DNA of 64,000 nucleotides from an uncultured Actinomycetes bacterium (GTDB taxonomy: Bacteria; Actinomycetota; UBA4738; HRBIN12): positions 544,001 to 608,000 of the forward strand of contig CAVPIB010000001.1 in assembly GCA_963704885.1 (NCBI GenBank). The letters run 5' to 3'. A model generated the notes under the pieces. It did not search any database. It saw nothing but the letters and a program-made list of their open reading frames with translations, and was not told the origin of the DNA. Shown here piece after piece: positions 10,005 to 19,094 of the stretch. The first letter of the stretch is position 1. Each line of letters opens with the position of its first letter. The position numbers and the translations under genes are program-made.

Positions 10005-10056
10005 ACCCCCCTGCTCCCTCTCGCTGAGGGGGCCGTCCAGACCAGAGGAGGTGGAG
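10005..10056 (+). promoter_or_regulatory. S6:S18 ribosomal protein leader (autoregulatory RNA)
   Basis: CCCCCUGCUC-hairpin-GGCCG..GACCAGAGGAGGUG directly before rpsF, CCG motif beside a sequestered SD; -10 TACACT at 9982-9987. Confidence 0.65.
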
Positions 10057-10392
10057 TTGAGGGAGTACGAGATCATGCTCATCCTGCCCGCCGAGGCCGA
10101 CGAAGCGTTGCTTGGCACGGCGGTGGACCGCATCACCAAGGTGATCGGCACCGTCGGCGGCGAGGTCGGGAACATCGATCGGTGGGGTCGCCGCCGGTTC
10201 GCTTACGAGATCGCGCACCAGACGGAGGGCTACTACGCCGTCGTGCGGTTCACCGCGGAACCGACCGTAACCACCGAGCTCGAGCGCGTCCTGAACCTTG
10301 CCGACGAAGTTATCCGGCACAAGGTGATGGTCGTACCCGAGAAGAAGGACAAGCCGCAGAAGCACAAGGCACCTTCCCCCACCCCGGCGTGA
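10057..10392 (+). CDS. rpsF: 30S ribosomal protein S6
   Basis: TTG start; REYEIMLIL, WGRRRFAYEI, VIRHKV. Confidence 0.95.
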   Translation: MREYEIMLILPAEADEALLGTAVDRITKVIGTVGGEVGNIDRWGRRRFAYEIAHQTEGYYAVVRFTAEPTVTTELERVLNLADEVIRHKVMVVPEKKDKPQKHKAPSPTPA

Positions 10393-10438
10393 GCCATACG
10401 CGCTCTGGGTGCGGACGATCAAGAGGTGGTGAGTTGAC

Positions 10439-10894
10439 ATGGCGAACGACAACCAGGTGACCGTGGTCGGGAACCTGACCGACGACCCCGAGCTCCGCTA
10501 CACCCCTAACGGGGCAGCGGTGTGCAAGTTCCGGATCGCCGTGAACCGCCGGATGCCAGACGGGGCCGGTGGGTGGAAGGACGGCGAGGCGTCGTACTTC
10601 TCTGTGAACTGCTGGCGGAGCCTGGCCGAGAACGTGGCCGAGACGCTCACCCGCGGCACCCGCGTGGTCGTGTCCGGCCGTCTGCAGTACCGAGCCTGGG
10701 AGAACCAGGACGGAGACAAACGCAGCGCCGTCGAGATCGAGGCCGACGAGCTCGGTCCGAGCCTGCGGTGGGCCACCGCCACCATCGAACGCAACCCGCG
10801 TTCCTCCTCTGCCGGAAGCAGCGGAGATTGGGGCGACAAGGTGGCTGCACCGGTCGGCGGCCCGAGTGAGGAGACACCACTGGATGGCGGGTAA
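10439..10894 (+). CDS. ssb: Single-stranded DNA-binding protein
   Basis: [36 protein letters not shown]; rpsF-ssb-rpsR synteny. Confidence 0.95.
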   Translation: MANDNQVTVVGNLTDDPELRYTPNGAAVCKFRIAVNRRMPDGAGGWKDGEASYFSVNCWRSLAENVAETLTRGTRVVVSGRLQYRAWENQDGDKRSAVEIEADELGPSLRWATATIERNPRSSSAGSSGDWGDKVAAPVGGPSEETPLDGG

Positions 10895-11165
10895 AGGGAA
10901 ACCTCGCGATGGGGCCAGGCGGCCCAAGCGCGACAAAGAGGACAAGCCGTGGAAGAAGCAGAAGCGCAAGATCTGCATCTTCTGCAAGGACAAGATCGAC
11001 TACGTCGACTACAAGGACGTGGTCGGGTTGCGCAAGTTCGTGTCGGAGCGCGGGAAGATCCGCGCGCGGCGCGTGTCGGGCAACTGCGTGCAGCATCAGC
11101 GCGACGTAGCCACCGCCGTCAAGAACGCCCGGCAGATGGCCATGCTGCCGTACGCGAGCAAATGA
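10884..11165 (+). CDS. rpsR: 30S ribosomal protein S18 (Zn-ribbon C+ type)
   Basis: [31 protein letters not shown]. Confidence 0.95.
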   Translation: MAGKGKPRDGARRPKRDKEDKPWKKQKRKICIFCKDKIDYVDYKDVVGLRKFVSERGKIRARRVSGNCVQHQRDVATAVKNARQMAMLPYASK

Positions 11166-11611
11166 AGGTCATCCTTCAGAAGCCGGTCGAGAAGCTGGGC
11201 GATCCCGGTGACGTGGTCGACGTGGCGGCCGGCTACGCGCGCAACTACCTGATCCCGCGCTCGCTCGCCATCCGCGCCCACCGCGGCGCCGAGAAGCAGG
11301 CCGCGACCCTTCGACGCTCGCACATCTCACGCCAGTCGCAACAGAAGGTGGAGTTCGAGGCGCTGGCGGCCAAACTGATCGCGTCGCAGGTGCGGATCTC
11401 GGCCCGAGCCGGCGAAGAGGGCAAGCTCTTCGGATCGGTGACGGCGGCAGACATCGCCGAGGCGATCGCTGCCCAGGCCGAGATCACGGTCGACCGCAGG
11501 GACGTGCACCTGGACGAGCCCATCCGCTCGCTCGGAACCCACGAGGTCCGCGTGCATCTGTTCGCCGAGGTCGATCCGGTCTTGACCTTGGAGGTAGTCG
11601 CCGAGGAGTAG
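11162..11611 (+). CDS. rplI: 50S ribosomal protein L9
   Basis: [33 protein letters not shown]. Confidence 0.95.
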   Translation: MKVILQKPVEKLGDPGDVVDVAAGYARNYLIPRSLAIRAHRGAEKQAATLRRSHISRQSQQKVEFEALAAKLIASQVRISARAGEEGKLFGSVTAADIAEAIAAQAEITVDRRDVHLDEPIRSLGTHEVRVHLFAEVDPVLTLEVVAEE

Positions 11612-11636
11612 CGGCAGGGCAACGGAACATGAACGC

Positions 11637-11670
11637 CGCAAGGGCCGGGCTGCGCCCGGCCCTTGCGTTT
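11637..11670 (+). terminator. Intrinsic terminator after rplI
   Basis: 14-bp stem CGCAAGGGCCGGGC-TGC-GCCCGGCCCTTGCG followed by TTT. Confidence 0.75.
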
Positions 11671-11743
11671 ATCCCCAGCTTTCCACAGGTCGTGTCAGAG
11701 GCGATATGCACACTTGTCCACATGGTTCTCCACATGGGGAAAG
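11669..11743. promoter_or_regulatory. DnaA-box cluster upstream of dnaB
   Basis: TTATCCCCA 11669, CTTTCCACA 11679, ATATGCACA 11704, TTGTCCACA 11714, TTCTCCACA 11726, reverse CTTTCCCCA 11735. Confidence 0.7.
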
Positions 11744-11877
11744 CCCAGGTCAGGCACGGAGTGACAAGGAATCTTCGAACGCCACCTGCGGCGTTGGGAA
11801 TCCACCGAGTTATCCGATGGAAAGATCGGGGCCGGAGCGTAGCCTCCAGAGGTCGAGGGTTGGTCGTTCGGTGAGGG

Positions 11878-14517
11878 GTGAGGGTTCTGGCGCGCACGGT
11901 TGAAGACGTTCGGCGCATCCCCGAGCATCGCGTTCCGCCGCAGAACCTGGAGGCCGAGGAATCGGTCCTAGGGGCCATGATGCTCTCGCCCGAGGCCACT
12001 GCCGACGTCGTGGAGATCCTGCAGGCCGACGACTTCTACCGCTCGTCCAACGGTCGCATCTACGAGGTGCTTCGCGGCCTCTACGCCAAAGGCGAGCCCG
12101 TCGACATCGTGACCAGCGTGGAGGCCCTGAAGCGCCAGGGGATCCTGGAAGACGTCGGCGGCCACCTCTACCTACGCGACCTGGTCGACCAGGTGCCCAC
12201 GCCGGCTTCGGCCGCCCACTACGCCAGGATCGTGTCGCAGACAGCGCTGCTCCGGCGATTGATCGGGGCGGCCGCCGACATCATAGACATGGCCTACACG
12301 GCGCCGGCCGATCCCGAGGGTGTGGCCGACGATGCCGAGCAGCGGATCTACGACGTCGCCCGCCGCGAGGACAACGAAGAGGTTGCCATCCTCCGCGACC
12401 TGGTCGACCAGGCCATGCTGGACCTGGAGAACATCCAGAACCGCGAGGCCCGCTACACGGGTCTTCCCACCGGCTTCCTCGATCTGGACGACCTCACCTC
12501 CGGACTACAGCCCGGGAACCTGGTCGTGATCGCGGCCAGACCGGGAGTAGGCAAGTCGTCGCTCGCCACCAACATCGCGCGTAACGTGGCCGTGACCGGA
12601 CACCCGGTTGCGATGTTCTCGCTCGAGATGTCCCGCAACGAGATCGGCATGCGACTCTTGTGCTCGGAGGCGGGCGTGCCGTGGGACCGCATCCGGAGCA
12701 AGCGCGTGGAAGCGCACCACTGGTCGCGCATCGTCCAGGCCGCCGAGGTGCTGCACGACGTCCCCCTGCATATCGTGGACTCCGGCAACGTGAACATCGT
12801 TGACATCCGCGCGAAGGCTCGAAGGATGCGGACCGGCCGTCAGGGCCTGGAGCTCATCATCGTCGACTACCTCCAGCTGATGACGAGTCCGCTGACCCGT
12901 CGCCCCGACAACCGCCAGCAGGAGGTCGCCGAGATCAGCCGCTCGCTCAAGCTGTTGGCCAAGGAGCTGCACGTTCCGGTGATCGCGCTTTCACAGTTGA
13001 ACCGCAACCCTGAGGCCCGCGCGGACAAGCGCCCACAGCTCTCGGACCTTCGCGAGTGCGTCACTGGGGATACGCTCGTTGCGCTCGCCGATGGGCGGCG
13101 GGTGCCGATCCAGGATCTGGTTGGGACCGAGCCCGACGTTCTGGCCATGGCGCCGGGAGGCCGGCTGATCGAGGCCCGCAGCGACAAGGTGTGGCCGGTG
13201 GGTGTTCGTCCGGTGTTCGAGGTCGCGCTCGCGAGCGGCCGCTCGATCCGCTGCACCGCCGAGCACCGGTTGTACGGCGCCGACGGCTGGATCCGGGTGA
13301 AAGACCTCGGTGTGGGGGACCGGTTGGCCATCGCGCGACGCCTGCCCGAGCCTGCCAGAACGGTCGAGTGGCCCGACGAACGTGTGGCGCTCCTGGGCCA
13401 ACTCATAGGTGACGGCAGTTATCTGAAGCATCAACCCATGCGATACACGACCGCATCCGAGGAGAACAGCGAGCTCGTCAGCAGGGCAGCCCGTGAGGAG
13501 TTCGGCGTTACCGTCAAGCGGTATCGAGGACGCGGGCTCTGGCATCAGCTGTTGCTGACCGGCCAGGGCAATCGTTGGCATCCAACGGGCGTGAATGCGT
13601 GGCTCAAGGAACTCGGACTCTTCGATCAGCGATCGCATCAGAAGCGGCTCCCAGCCGAGGCATTCCAGTTCTCTGACCGACAGGTTGCGATCATGCTCCG
13701 GCATCTGTGGGCGACGGACGGATGCATCCACGCGCGACGCCCGGGATCGAAGGGCAGTCATACCGTCTACTTCTCCACCAGTAGCCGCGGATTGGCTGAC
13801 GATGTCGCGGCTTTGCTCCTGCGCTTCGGGATCGTGGCTCGCACTAAGAAGGTGGAGAAGACGGGCTACCGTCCTTGGTGGCACGTCTACGTCTCGGGAG
13901 CCGTCGACCAGCGGTGGTTCCTTCGACAGATCGGAGCCTTCGGTCCGCGGGTCGAACAGGCTGCCCGGTTGGCAGCTGCGCTTGAAGGCATGGTGCCGAA
14001 CACGAATGTCGACACCCTGCCGGTCGAAGTGTTCGGCAGAGTGCGGAGCGCGATGCGCCATCAAGGGATCAGCGCTCGAGAGATGGCAGCGCTCCGGGGG
14101 ACCACGTTCGGAGGCGAAAGTCATTTCGCGTTCTCGCCCTCGCGCTGGGTCGTCGCCGAGTACGCGACCATCTTGGGCGACGATGAGCTCGAAGCGGCAG
14201 CGACCAGTGACCTCTTCTGGGATCGTATCTCCGGTGTGCGTAAGGATCTTCCTGAGTTAGTGTTTGATATGACAGTGCCTGGGCCCTCTAACTGGGTAGC
14301 AGGGTCAGGAAGTGTTATATCTCATAACTCTGGGGCGATCGAACAGGACAGCGACGTGGTCATGTTCATCCACCGTGAGGACGCCGATCCCGAGAAGAAG
14401 CGGCAGACCGAGCTGATCATCGCCAAGCACCGCAACGGGCCCACCGGCAACATCCGCTTGGACTTCGAGCCGGCCCTCACGCAGTTCCGCAACGCGGCCC
14501 GCGACGCTCCTCAGTGA
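11878..14517 (+). CDS. dnaB: Replicative DNA helicase, intein-containing
   Basis: PPQNLEAEESVLG, AARPGVGKS, IIVDYLQLM, LSQLNR, DLRE/.../SGAIEQDSD, IAKHRNGPTG; start codon uncertain by a few codons. Confidence 0.96.
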   Translation: MRVLARTVEDVRRIPEHRVPPQNLEAEESVLGAMMLSPEATADVVEILQADDFYRSSNGRIYEVLRGLYAKGEPVDIVTSVEALKRQGILEDVGGHLYLRDLVDQVPTPASAAHYARIVSQTALLRRLIGAAADIIDMAYTAPADPEGVADDAEQRIYDVARREDNEEVAILRDLVDQAMLDLENIQNREARYTGLPTGFLDLDDLTSGLQPGNLVVIAARPGVGKSSLATNIARNVAVTGHPVAMFSLEMSRNEIGMRLLCSEAGVPWDRIRSKRVEAHHWSRIVQAAEVLHDVPLHIVDSGNVNIVDIRAKARRMRTGRQGLELIIVDYLQLMTSPLTRRPDNRQQEVAEISRSLKLLAKELHVPVIALSQLNRNPEARADKRPQLSDLRECVTGDTLVALADGRRVPIQDLVGTEPDVLAMAPGGRLIEARSDKVWPVGVRPVFEVALASGRSIRCTAEHRLYGADGWIRVKDLGVGDRLAIARRLPEPARTVEWPDERVALLGQLIGDGSYLKHQPMRYTTASEENSELVSRAAREEFGVTVKRYRGRGLWHQLLLTGQGNRWHPTGVNAWLKELGLFDQRSHQKRLPAEAFQFSDRQVAIMLRHLWATDGCIHARRPGSKGSHTVYFSTSSRGLADDVAALLLRFGIVARTKKVEKTGYRPWWHVYVSGAVDQRWFLRQIGAFGPRVEQAARLAAALEGMVPNTNVDTLPVEVFGRVRSAMRHQGISAREMAALRGTTFGGESHFAFSPSRWVVAEYATILGDDELEAAATSDLFWDRISGVRKDLPELVFDMTVPGPSNWVAGSGSVISHNSGAIEQDSDVVMFIHREDADPEKKRQTELIIAKHRNGPTGNIRLDFEPALTQFRNAARDAPQ
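13057..14328 (+). mobile_element. Intein with LAGLIDADG homing endonuclease (424 aa)
   Basis: Begins CVTGDTLV, block B TAEHRL, endonuclease motifs LLGQLIGDG and LRHLWATDG, ends VFDMTV...SHN followed by +1 Ser. Confidence 0.93.
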
Positions 14518-15215
14518 CCCCCACCCCCGCGCCAGTCACCGCCACACCCCGTCGGGTCCGGGCGATCCTAAACCGGCTCCAGAAGCGATGGGGTCCGATG
14601 CAGCCGCCGCGCCGCGTCGACCCGCTCGACGAGCTGATCCTCACCGTGCTGTCGCAACACACGAGCGACCTGAACGCCGAGCGAGCGTTCGCGCAGTTGC
14701 GCGAGGCGTTCCCCAGTTGGAACGCCGTGGTCGATGCCGGGACTAAGGCGGTCGCCGACGCCATCCGAAGCGGCGGGCTGGCCGACTCCAAGGCGCCCCG
14801 TCTCCAGGCGATCCTTCGCGAGATCCGGGAACGAGAAGGTAGCTTCGATCTGTCGGTGCTCCGGACGATGTCCGACCCCGAGGCCCGCGCCTACCTGACG
14901 TCGCTCCCGGGTGTCGGACCCAAGACTGCCGCGGTCGTCCTATCGTTCGCGCTGGGCCGCGACGCGATCCCGGTCGACACCCACGTGCATCGTGTGTCGA
15001 AGCGCCTCGGAATGGTCCCATCGAACTCGACCGCCGAGAAGGCGGACCGGCTGCTCCACGACCTGGTCCCCGACGGACTACGGACGCCGCTTCACGTGGC
15101 GTTGATCCGGCTGGGCCGCGAGATCTGCAAGGCGCCGACGCCGCTCTGCCGCGCCTGTCCTCTGAAAGACCTCTGCCCGACGGCCCCTCGCTACCTCCTC
15201 CCGAGTCAGACCTAG
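14514..15215 (+). CDS. nth: Endonuclease III family DNA glycosylase
   Basis: LPGVGPKTA HhH, VDTHV, C-x6-C-x2-C-x5-C Fe-S motif. Confidence 0.9.
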   Translation: MTPTPAPVTATPRRVRAILNRLQKRWGPMQPPRRVDPLDELILTVLSQHTSDLNAERAFAQLREAFPSWNAVVDAGTKAVADAIRSGGLADSKAPRLQAILREIREREGSFDLSVLRTMSDPEARAYLTSLPGVGPKTAAVVLSFALGRDAIPVDTHVHRVSKRLGMVPSNSTAEKADRLLHDLVPDGLRTPLHVALIRLGREICKAPTPLCRACPLKDLCPTAPRYLLPSQT

Positions 15216-15236
15216 AGGAGCCGCTCCCGGCTCGTC

Positions 15237-15778
15237 TCAGCGGCGGGTGATGTGATCCCGAACGAAAGCAGCTCGGTCGCGGGTCGATCCTCGAGGCACT
15301 TCTATCAAGACATAGCCGGCAAGTTCGTAGGCGTCCGTGAGCGCCCCATGGAAGGCCACGTGTCGGCGAACGACATGACCCGTTCGTCGTCCACCACGTA
15401 GATGTCTTCCCAGGGTCCGAGGACGAATACCTCGTCGTTGTACCGATACTCCTGCGAGGCTAGGACGCTCGGTGTTGGATCGATCCCGAACAAGACTGCG
15501 TAGGCGATGCAATCCGGGATGCCGCGGTCGAAGACTACGGAGCCATCGCCGCGCTGGGCCGCCTCGTACTTCTCGATCGACCGGCGCAAGATCAGATCCA
15601 GGAACGATGATCGATCTCGGTCGTGAGTGCCGGCGCCACCCATCGATCGCTGTTCCGCCAGGATCTCTCTCGCTGGTTCACCCACGCAACGGATGTCGGC
15701 GCCGATGTGGTCGAGCGTCGCCGTCTTACCGGAGCCCGGGGCGCCCGTAAGGATGAAGAGGTCGGCAGAGCCCATCAT
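15237..15778 (-). CDS. AAA_28/NadR-like P-loop ATPase; 1-nt frameshift near 15360
   Basis: LTGAPGSGKT, VFDRGIPD; C-terminus (VAFHGALTDAYELAGY..RAAFV) continues in ORF 15237..15512. Confidence 0.7.
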
Positions 15779-15832
15779 GCATCAAGCTTGACACGGCGGC
15801 GCACGCATGAGCCGCTGTGTGGCGACGATCGC

Positions 15833-15906
15833 TGGAGCGGGTGAGGGGAATCGAACCCCCGTCTCAAGCTTGGGAAGCTTACGTTCTGCCATTGAACCAC
15901 ACCCGC
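15833..15906 (-). tRNA. tRNA-Gly(CCC)
   Basis: GCGGGTGTGGTTCAATGGCAGAACGTAAGCTTCCCAAGCTTGAGACGGGGGTTCGATTCCCCTCACCCGCTCCA; full cloverleaf with encoded CCA. Confidence 0.96.
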
Positions 15907-15987
15907 GTGACCCCACCGGACGCCCCGGCGGGCCACAAGTGTAGCGAGCCACTGGCTCCTGGTGCGACCTGCTACGTTGCCTCTCCC

Positions 15988-17013
15988 ATGGCCGAGCTCG
16001 ACCCCGACTTCTGGCCGCACACGCTCTCCCGCGTGATCGCGCACCAGGCACTCACTGCGGACGACGCCGCCGAAGCGATGCGCGTGATCATGGCCGGTGA
16101 GGCCTCGCCCGGCCAGATCGGCGGCTTCCTGATGGCCCTTCGAACCAAGGGCGAGACCGTCGAGGAGCTGGAGGGGCTCTCACGCACCGCGCTTGGTTTC
16201 GCGAACCCTGTGCGCGCGCCATCGCCCGTCGTGGACACATGCGGCACCGGCGGAGATCGCAGCGGCACCTTCAACATCTCCACCGTCGCGGCGATCGTGG
16301 TGGCCGGTGCCGGCGTGCCGGTGGCGAAGCACGGCAACCGGGCTGCCTCGTCGCATTGCGGCTCTGCCGACCTTCTCGAGGCCCTCGGCGTGACGATCGA
16401 TCTGGGACCCGAGGGCGTGGAGCGTTGCCTGGCCGATGCCGGCATCGGGTTCATGTTCGCGCCGGTCTTCCACCCGGCCGCCGCGCACGCGGGTCCGGTT
16501 CGCCGCGAGCTCCGGGTTCCGACCGTCTTCAACTTCTTGGGACCGCTCACTAATCCAGCACGGCCGTTCGCCCAGGTGGTCGGGGTATCCGATGAGCGGA
16601 TGATGCCTCTCATGGCGGAGGTTCTCGCCCGACGCGGAACGCGTGCGAAGGTCTTCCGCGGTGAGGACGGCCTCGACGAGCTCACCACAACCGGGATGTC
16701 CACGGTCTTCGACGTCCGGGACGGAGACGTCCTCGAAGGCCATCTTGATCCCTCGACGTTCGGCTTGCCGAGGGCGACCCTCGAGGACCTTCGTGGCGGC
16801 GACGCTGAGACGGCCGCCGAGATCGCCCGCTCCATACTCGCGGGCGAGGGTGGTCCACGCCGCGACGTCGTGCTGCTGAACGCGGCTGCAGCGCTGGAGG
16901 TGGCCGGCCGTGCCCCCACGCTCGAAGACGGACTGCAGATCGCCGCCGCGGCGATCGACACGGGCGCCGCTACCGCCACCCTCGGTCGATGGGTCGCGGC
17001 CTCCAAGGCGTGA
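15988..17013 (+). CDS. trpD: Anthranilate phosphoribosyltransferase
   Basis: DTCGTGGD, TFNIST, KHGNRAASS..GSADLLE, GLDEL. Confidence 0.95.
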   Translation: MAELDPDFWPHTLSRVIAHQALTADDAAEAMRVIMAGEASPGQIGGFLMALRTKGETVEELEGLSRTALGFANPVRAPSPVVDTCGTGGDRSGTFNISTVAAIVVAGAGVPVAKHGNRAASSHCGSADLLEALGVTIDLGPEGVERCLADAGIGFMFAPVFHPAAAHAGPVRRELRVPTVFNFLGPLTNPARPFAQVVGVSDERMMPLMAEVLARRGTRAKVFRGEDGLDELTTTGMSTVFDVRDGDVLEGHLDPSTFGLPRATLEDLRGGDAETAAEIARSILAGEGGPRRDVVLLNAAAALEVAGRAPTLEDGLQIAAAAIDTGAATATLGRWVAASKA

Positions 17014-17044
17014 CGTCGTCCCGAACGGGTAGCATCACCGCCCG

Positions 17045-17617
17045 ATGATCCTGTCTGATCGTTCGATCCGTGAGGAGATCTCCGCCGGTCGCATCGTCGT
17101 CGATCCGTTCAAGGATGAGTGCGTGCAGCCATCGTCTATCGATCTGCACGTGGACCGGCAGTTCCGCGTCTTCCAGAACAACCGCTATCCGTTCATCGAC
17201 GTCATGAAGGAACAGCCGGACCTGACCGAGCTGGTCGAGGTCAAAGGTGGCGAGCCCTTCATCCTTCATCCCGGCGAGTTCGTGTTGGGGTCTACGCTCG
17301 AGCGGATCGCGCTGCCGGACGATCTCGTCGCCCGCTTGGAGGGGAAGTCGTCGCTCGGCCGCCTAGGTTTGTTGATCCATTCGACGGCGGGCTACGTGGA
17401 CCCCGGTTGGGATGGCTACCTCACCCTCGAGCTCTCGAACGTGGCGAACCTACCGATCACCATCTACCCGGGCATGAAGATCGGGCAGATCTCGTTCTTC
17501 CGGCTCACTACGGCAGCTGATACGCCCTACGGTGCCGCCGGGAGCAAGTACCAGGGCCAGCGCGGCCCCACGGCGAGCAAGTTCTTCCAGGAGTTCGCCG
17601 ACAGCTCCGAGTCGTAA
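17045..17617 (+). CDS. dcd: dCTP deaminase
   Basis: [36 protein letters not shown]. Confidence 0.95.
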   Translation: MILSDRSIREEISAGRIVVDPFKDECVQPSSIDLHVDRQFRVFQNNRYPFIDVMKEQPDLTELVEVKGGEPFILHPGEFVLGSTLERIALPDDLVARLEGKSSLGRLGLLIHSTAGYVDPGWDGYLTLELSNVANLPITIYPGMKIGQISFFRLTTAADTPYGAAGSKYQGQRGPTASKFFQEFADSSES

Positions 17618-17622
17618 CCTCG

Positions 17623-18306
17623 CTACTCGGGACCGCCCACGGTTCCCGGAACCGGCCCCACGCCCAGCTGCACGGCCATCATCGCGGCCTGCGTCCGGTT
17701 GGTGACGCCGAGCTTGCGGAAGATCGCAGCCAGGTGCGCCTTCACCGTCTTCTCCGACAGGTATAGGTTCTGCGCGATCGACCGATTGCTCCGGCCTTCG
17801 GACAGGAGCGCCAGGATGTCGTGCTCCCGTTTCGTCAGGTTGTACTCGGTGCGGCGATGCCGGTCGTGACCGTTCGCGTTCTGACCCGAGGGATCCACGT
17901 CTTCGAACAGGTTCTGGATCACGCGGGGCGACAGCACGTTCCCGCCGCCGGAGATCGCCACGTTGATCGCCTGTCCTAGGTCTTCCGGCGTGGCGTCCTT
18001 CAAGAGGTAGCCGGCGGCTCCGTCAGACAGCGCGCGTTTCACGTACGGCGCGTTCTCGTAGGTCGAGAGCATGATCACCGGGACGTCGGGCCACTCTGTC
18101 TTCATCGCCCGCAGCAGCTCGAGCCCGTCCAGATCCGGCATGCGGACGTCGACGAGCGCCAGATCGGCCACCTTGGCCCGCATCAGCTCCAGCGCCATCG
18201 CGGCGCTGTCTGCTTCTGCGACGTCGGCGTCCGGGAACCCCTCCTTAACCACGTAGCTCATGCCACGGCGCACGAGCGCGTGGTCATCCACGATCAAGAT
18301 CCTCAT
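17623..18306 (-). CDS. NarL/LuxR-family response regulator
   Basis: IVDDHALVR REC domain, LTKRE..LSEKTVKAHL HTH. Confidence 0.92.
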   Translation of the reverse strand: MRILIVDDHALVRRGMSYVVKEGFPDADVAEADSAAMALELMRAKVADLALVDVRMPDLDGLELLRAMKTEWPDVPVIMLSTYENAPYVKRALSDGAAGYLLKDATPEDLGQAINVAISGGGNVLSPRVIQNLFEDVDPSGQNANGHDRHRRTEYNLTKREHDILALLSEGRSNRSIAQNLYLSEKTVKAHLAAIFRKLGVTNRTQAAMMAVQLGVGPVPGTVGGPE

Positions 18307-18986
18307 CGTTCCTCTCCTCGCCCTCCGACGGGAAGGAGCGCGACCACACAGGTCCCGCCCCCGGGCGTCGATCCGATCTCCACGGTCCCACCGATGTCTT
18401 CGGCGCGAACCCTCATCATGTGAAGCCCGAAGTGTGGGTCGTCGTCTTCAGCGGGCTGGATCCCGCGACCACGATCCTCGACCTCGATCCGCAGACCCTG
18501 CGCATCGGCCCGCACTCGGACCTCCACGTCGGGGGTATCGGCATGCTTGGCTGCGTTCGCGAGCGATTCTGCGATCACCGCGTGCGCCGTCTCCAAGACG
18601 GCCGCGGGCGCAGCGTCAGCGTCGCCCTCTATGGATACGCGCGCGGGGAGTCCCCACCGCGCTACCAGCTCCTCCACGAAGACCGCCAGAGGCGGCTCGG
18701 GCGGCCTCTGGTCCTCATACAGTTCGAAGAGCAGCTGACGGATCTCGCGCAGATCGGCCCGGATAGCGGCTTCGACCGCTGCGAGCGAGGCCGTGGCCCC
18801 GGCCGGATCGGACAGGATCCGTGCACGAAGCGACTGGAGCTCCAGGACGGCGCTGGTCACCGTCTGGGTCAGACCATCGTGGATCCGCATGGCCCATCGG
18901 GCACGCTCTTCGAGCACTCGGGTCTCCACCAACTGGTCGACGGCGGAGTCGTGTGTCGGGCGTACGGAGGCGACGGGGGCGCTCAT
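18303..18986 (-). CDS. Short cytoplasmic HisKA_3-type histidine kinase
   Basis: ERARWAMRIHDGLTQ H-box, ESLANAAKHA, DRGRG, HFGL; no TM; start may extend to 19034. Confidence 0.85.
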   Translation of the reverse strand: MSAPVASVRPTHDSAVDQLVETRVLEERARWAMRIHDGLTQTVTSAVLELQSLRARILSDPAGATASLAAVEAAIRADLREIRQLLFELYEDQRPPEPPLAVFVEELVARWGLPARVSIEGDADAAPAAVLETAHAVIAESLANAAKHADTPDVEVRVRADAQGLRIEVEDRGRGIQPAEDDDPHFGLHMMRVRAEDIGGTVEIGSTPGGGTCVVALLPVGGRGEER

Positions 18987-19030
18987 ACCTGGCGATATCC
19001 CTTCGGTCGGGGCCGTTCGTTCTAGTCCCT

Positions 19031-19058
19031 TCATCGGTCGAAGGGGCGCACGGCTTGA
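19031..19058 (-). promoter_or_regulatory. Sigma-28 (FliA/WhiG)-like promoter
   Basis: Minus strand TCAAG-N15-ACCGATGA upstream of the kinase. Confidence 0.45.
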
Positions 19059-19094
19059 CCCGTTGGCGGGACGAGATGATCAGAACGAACGTGT

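Noticed and set aside
14221-14331. Diversity-generating retroelement variable region as the cause of the low-GC patch
   Set aside because: No reverse transcriptase or template repeat in the window
15237-15906. Genomic island at tRNA-Gly
   Set aside because: Only one small ATPase gene lies downstream; no integrase or att duplication seen
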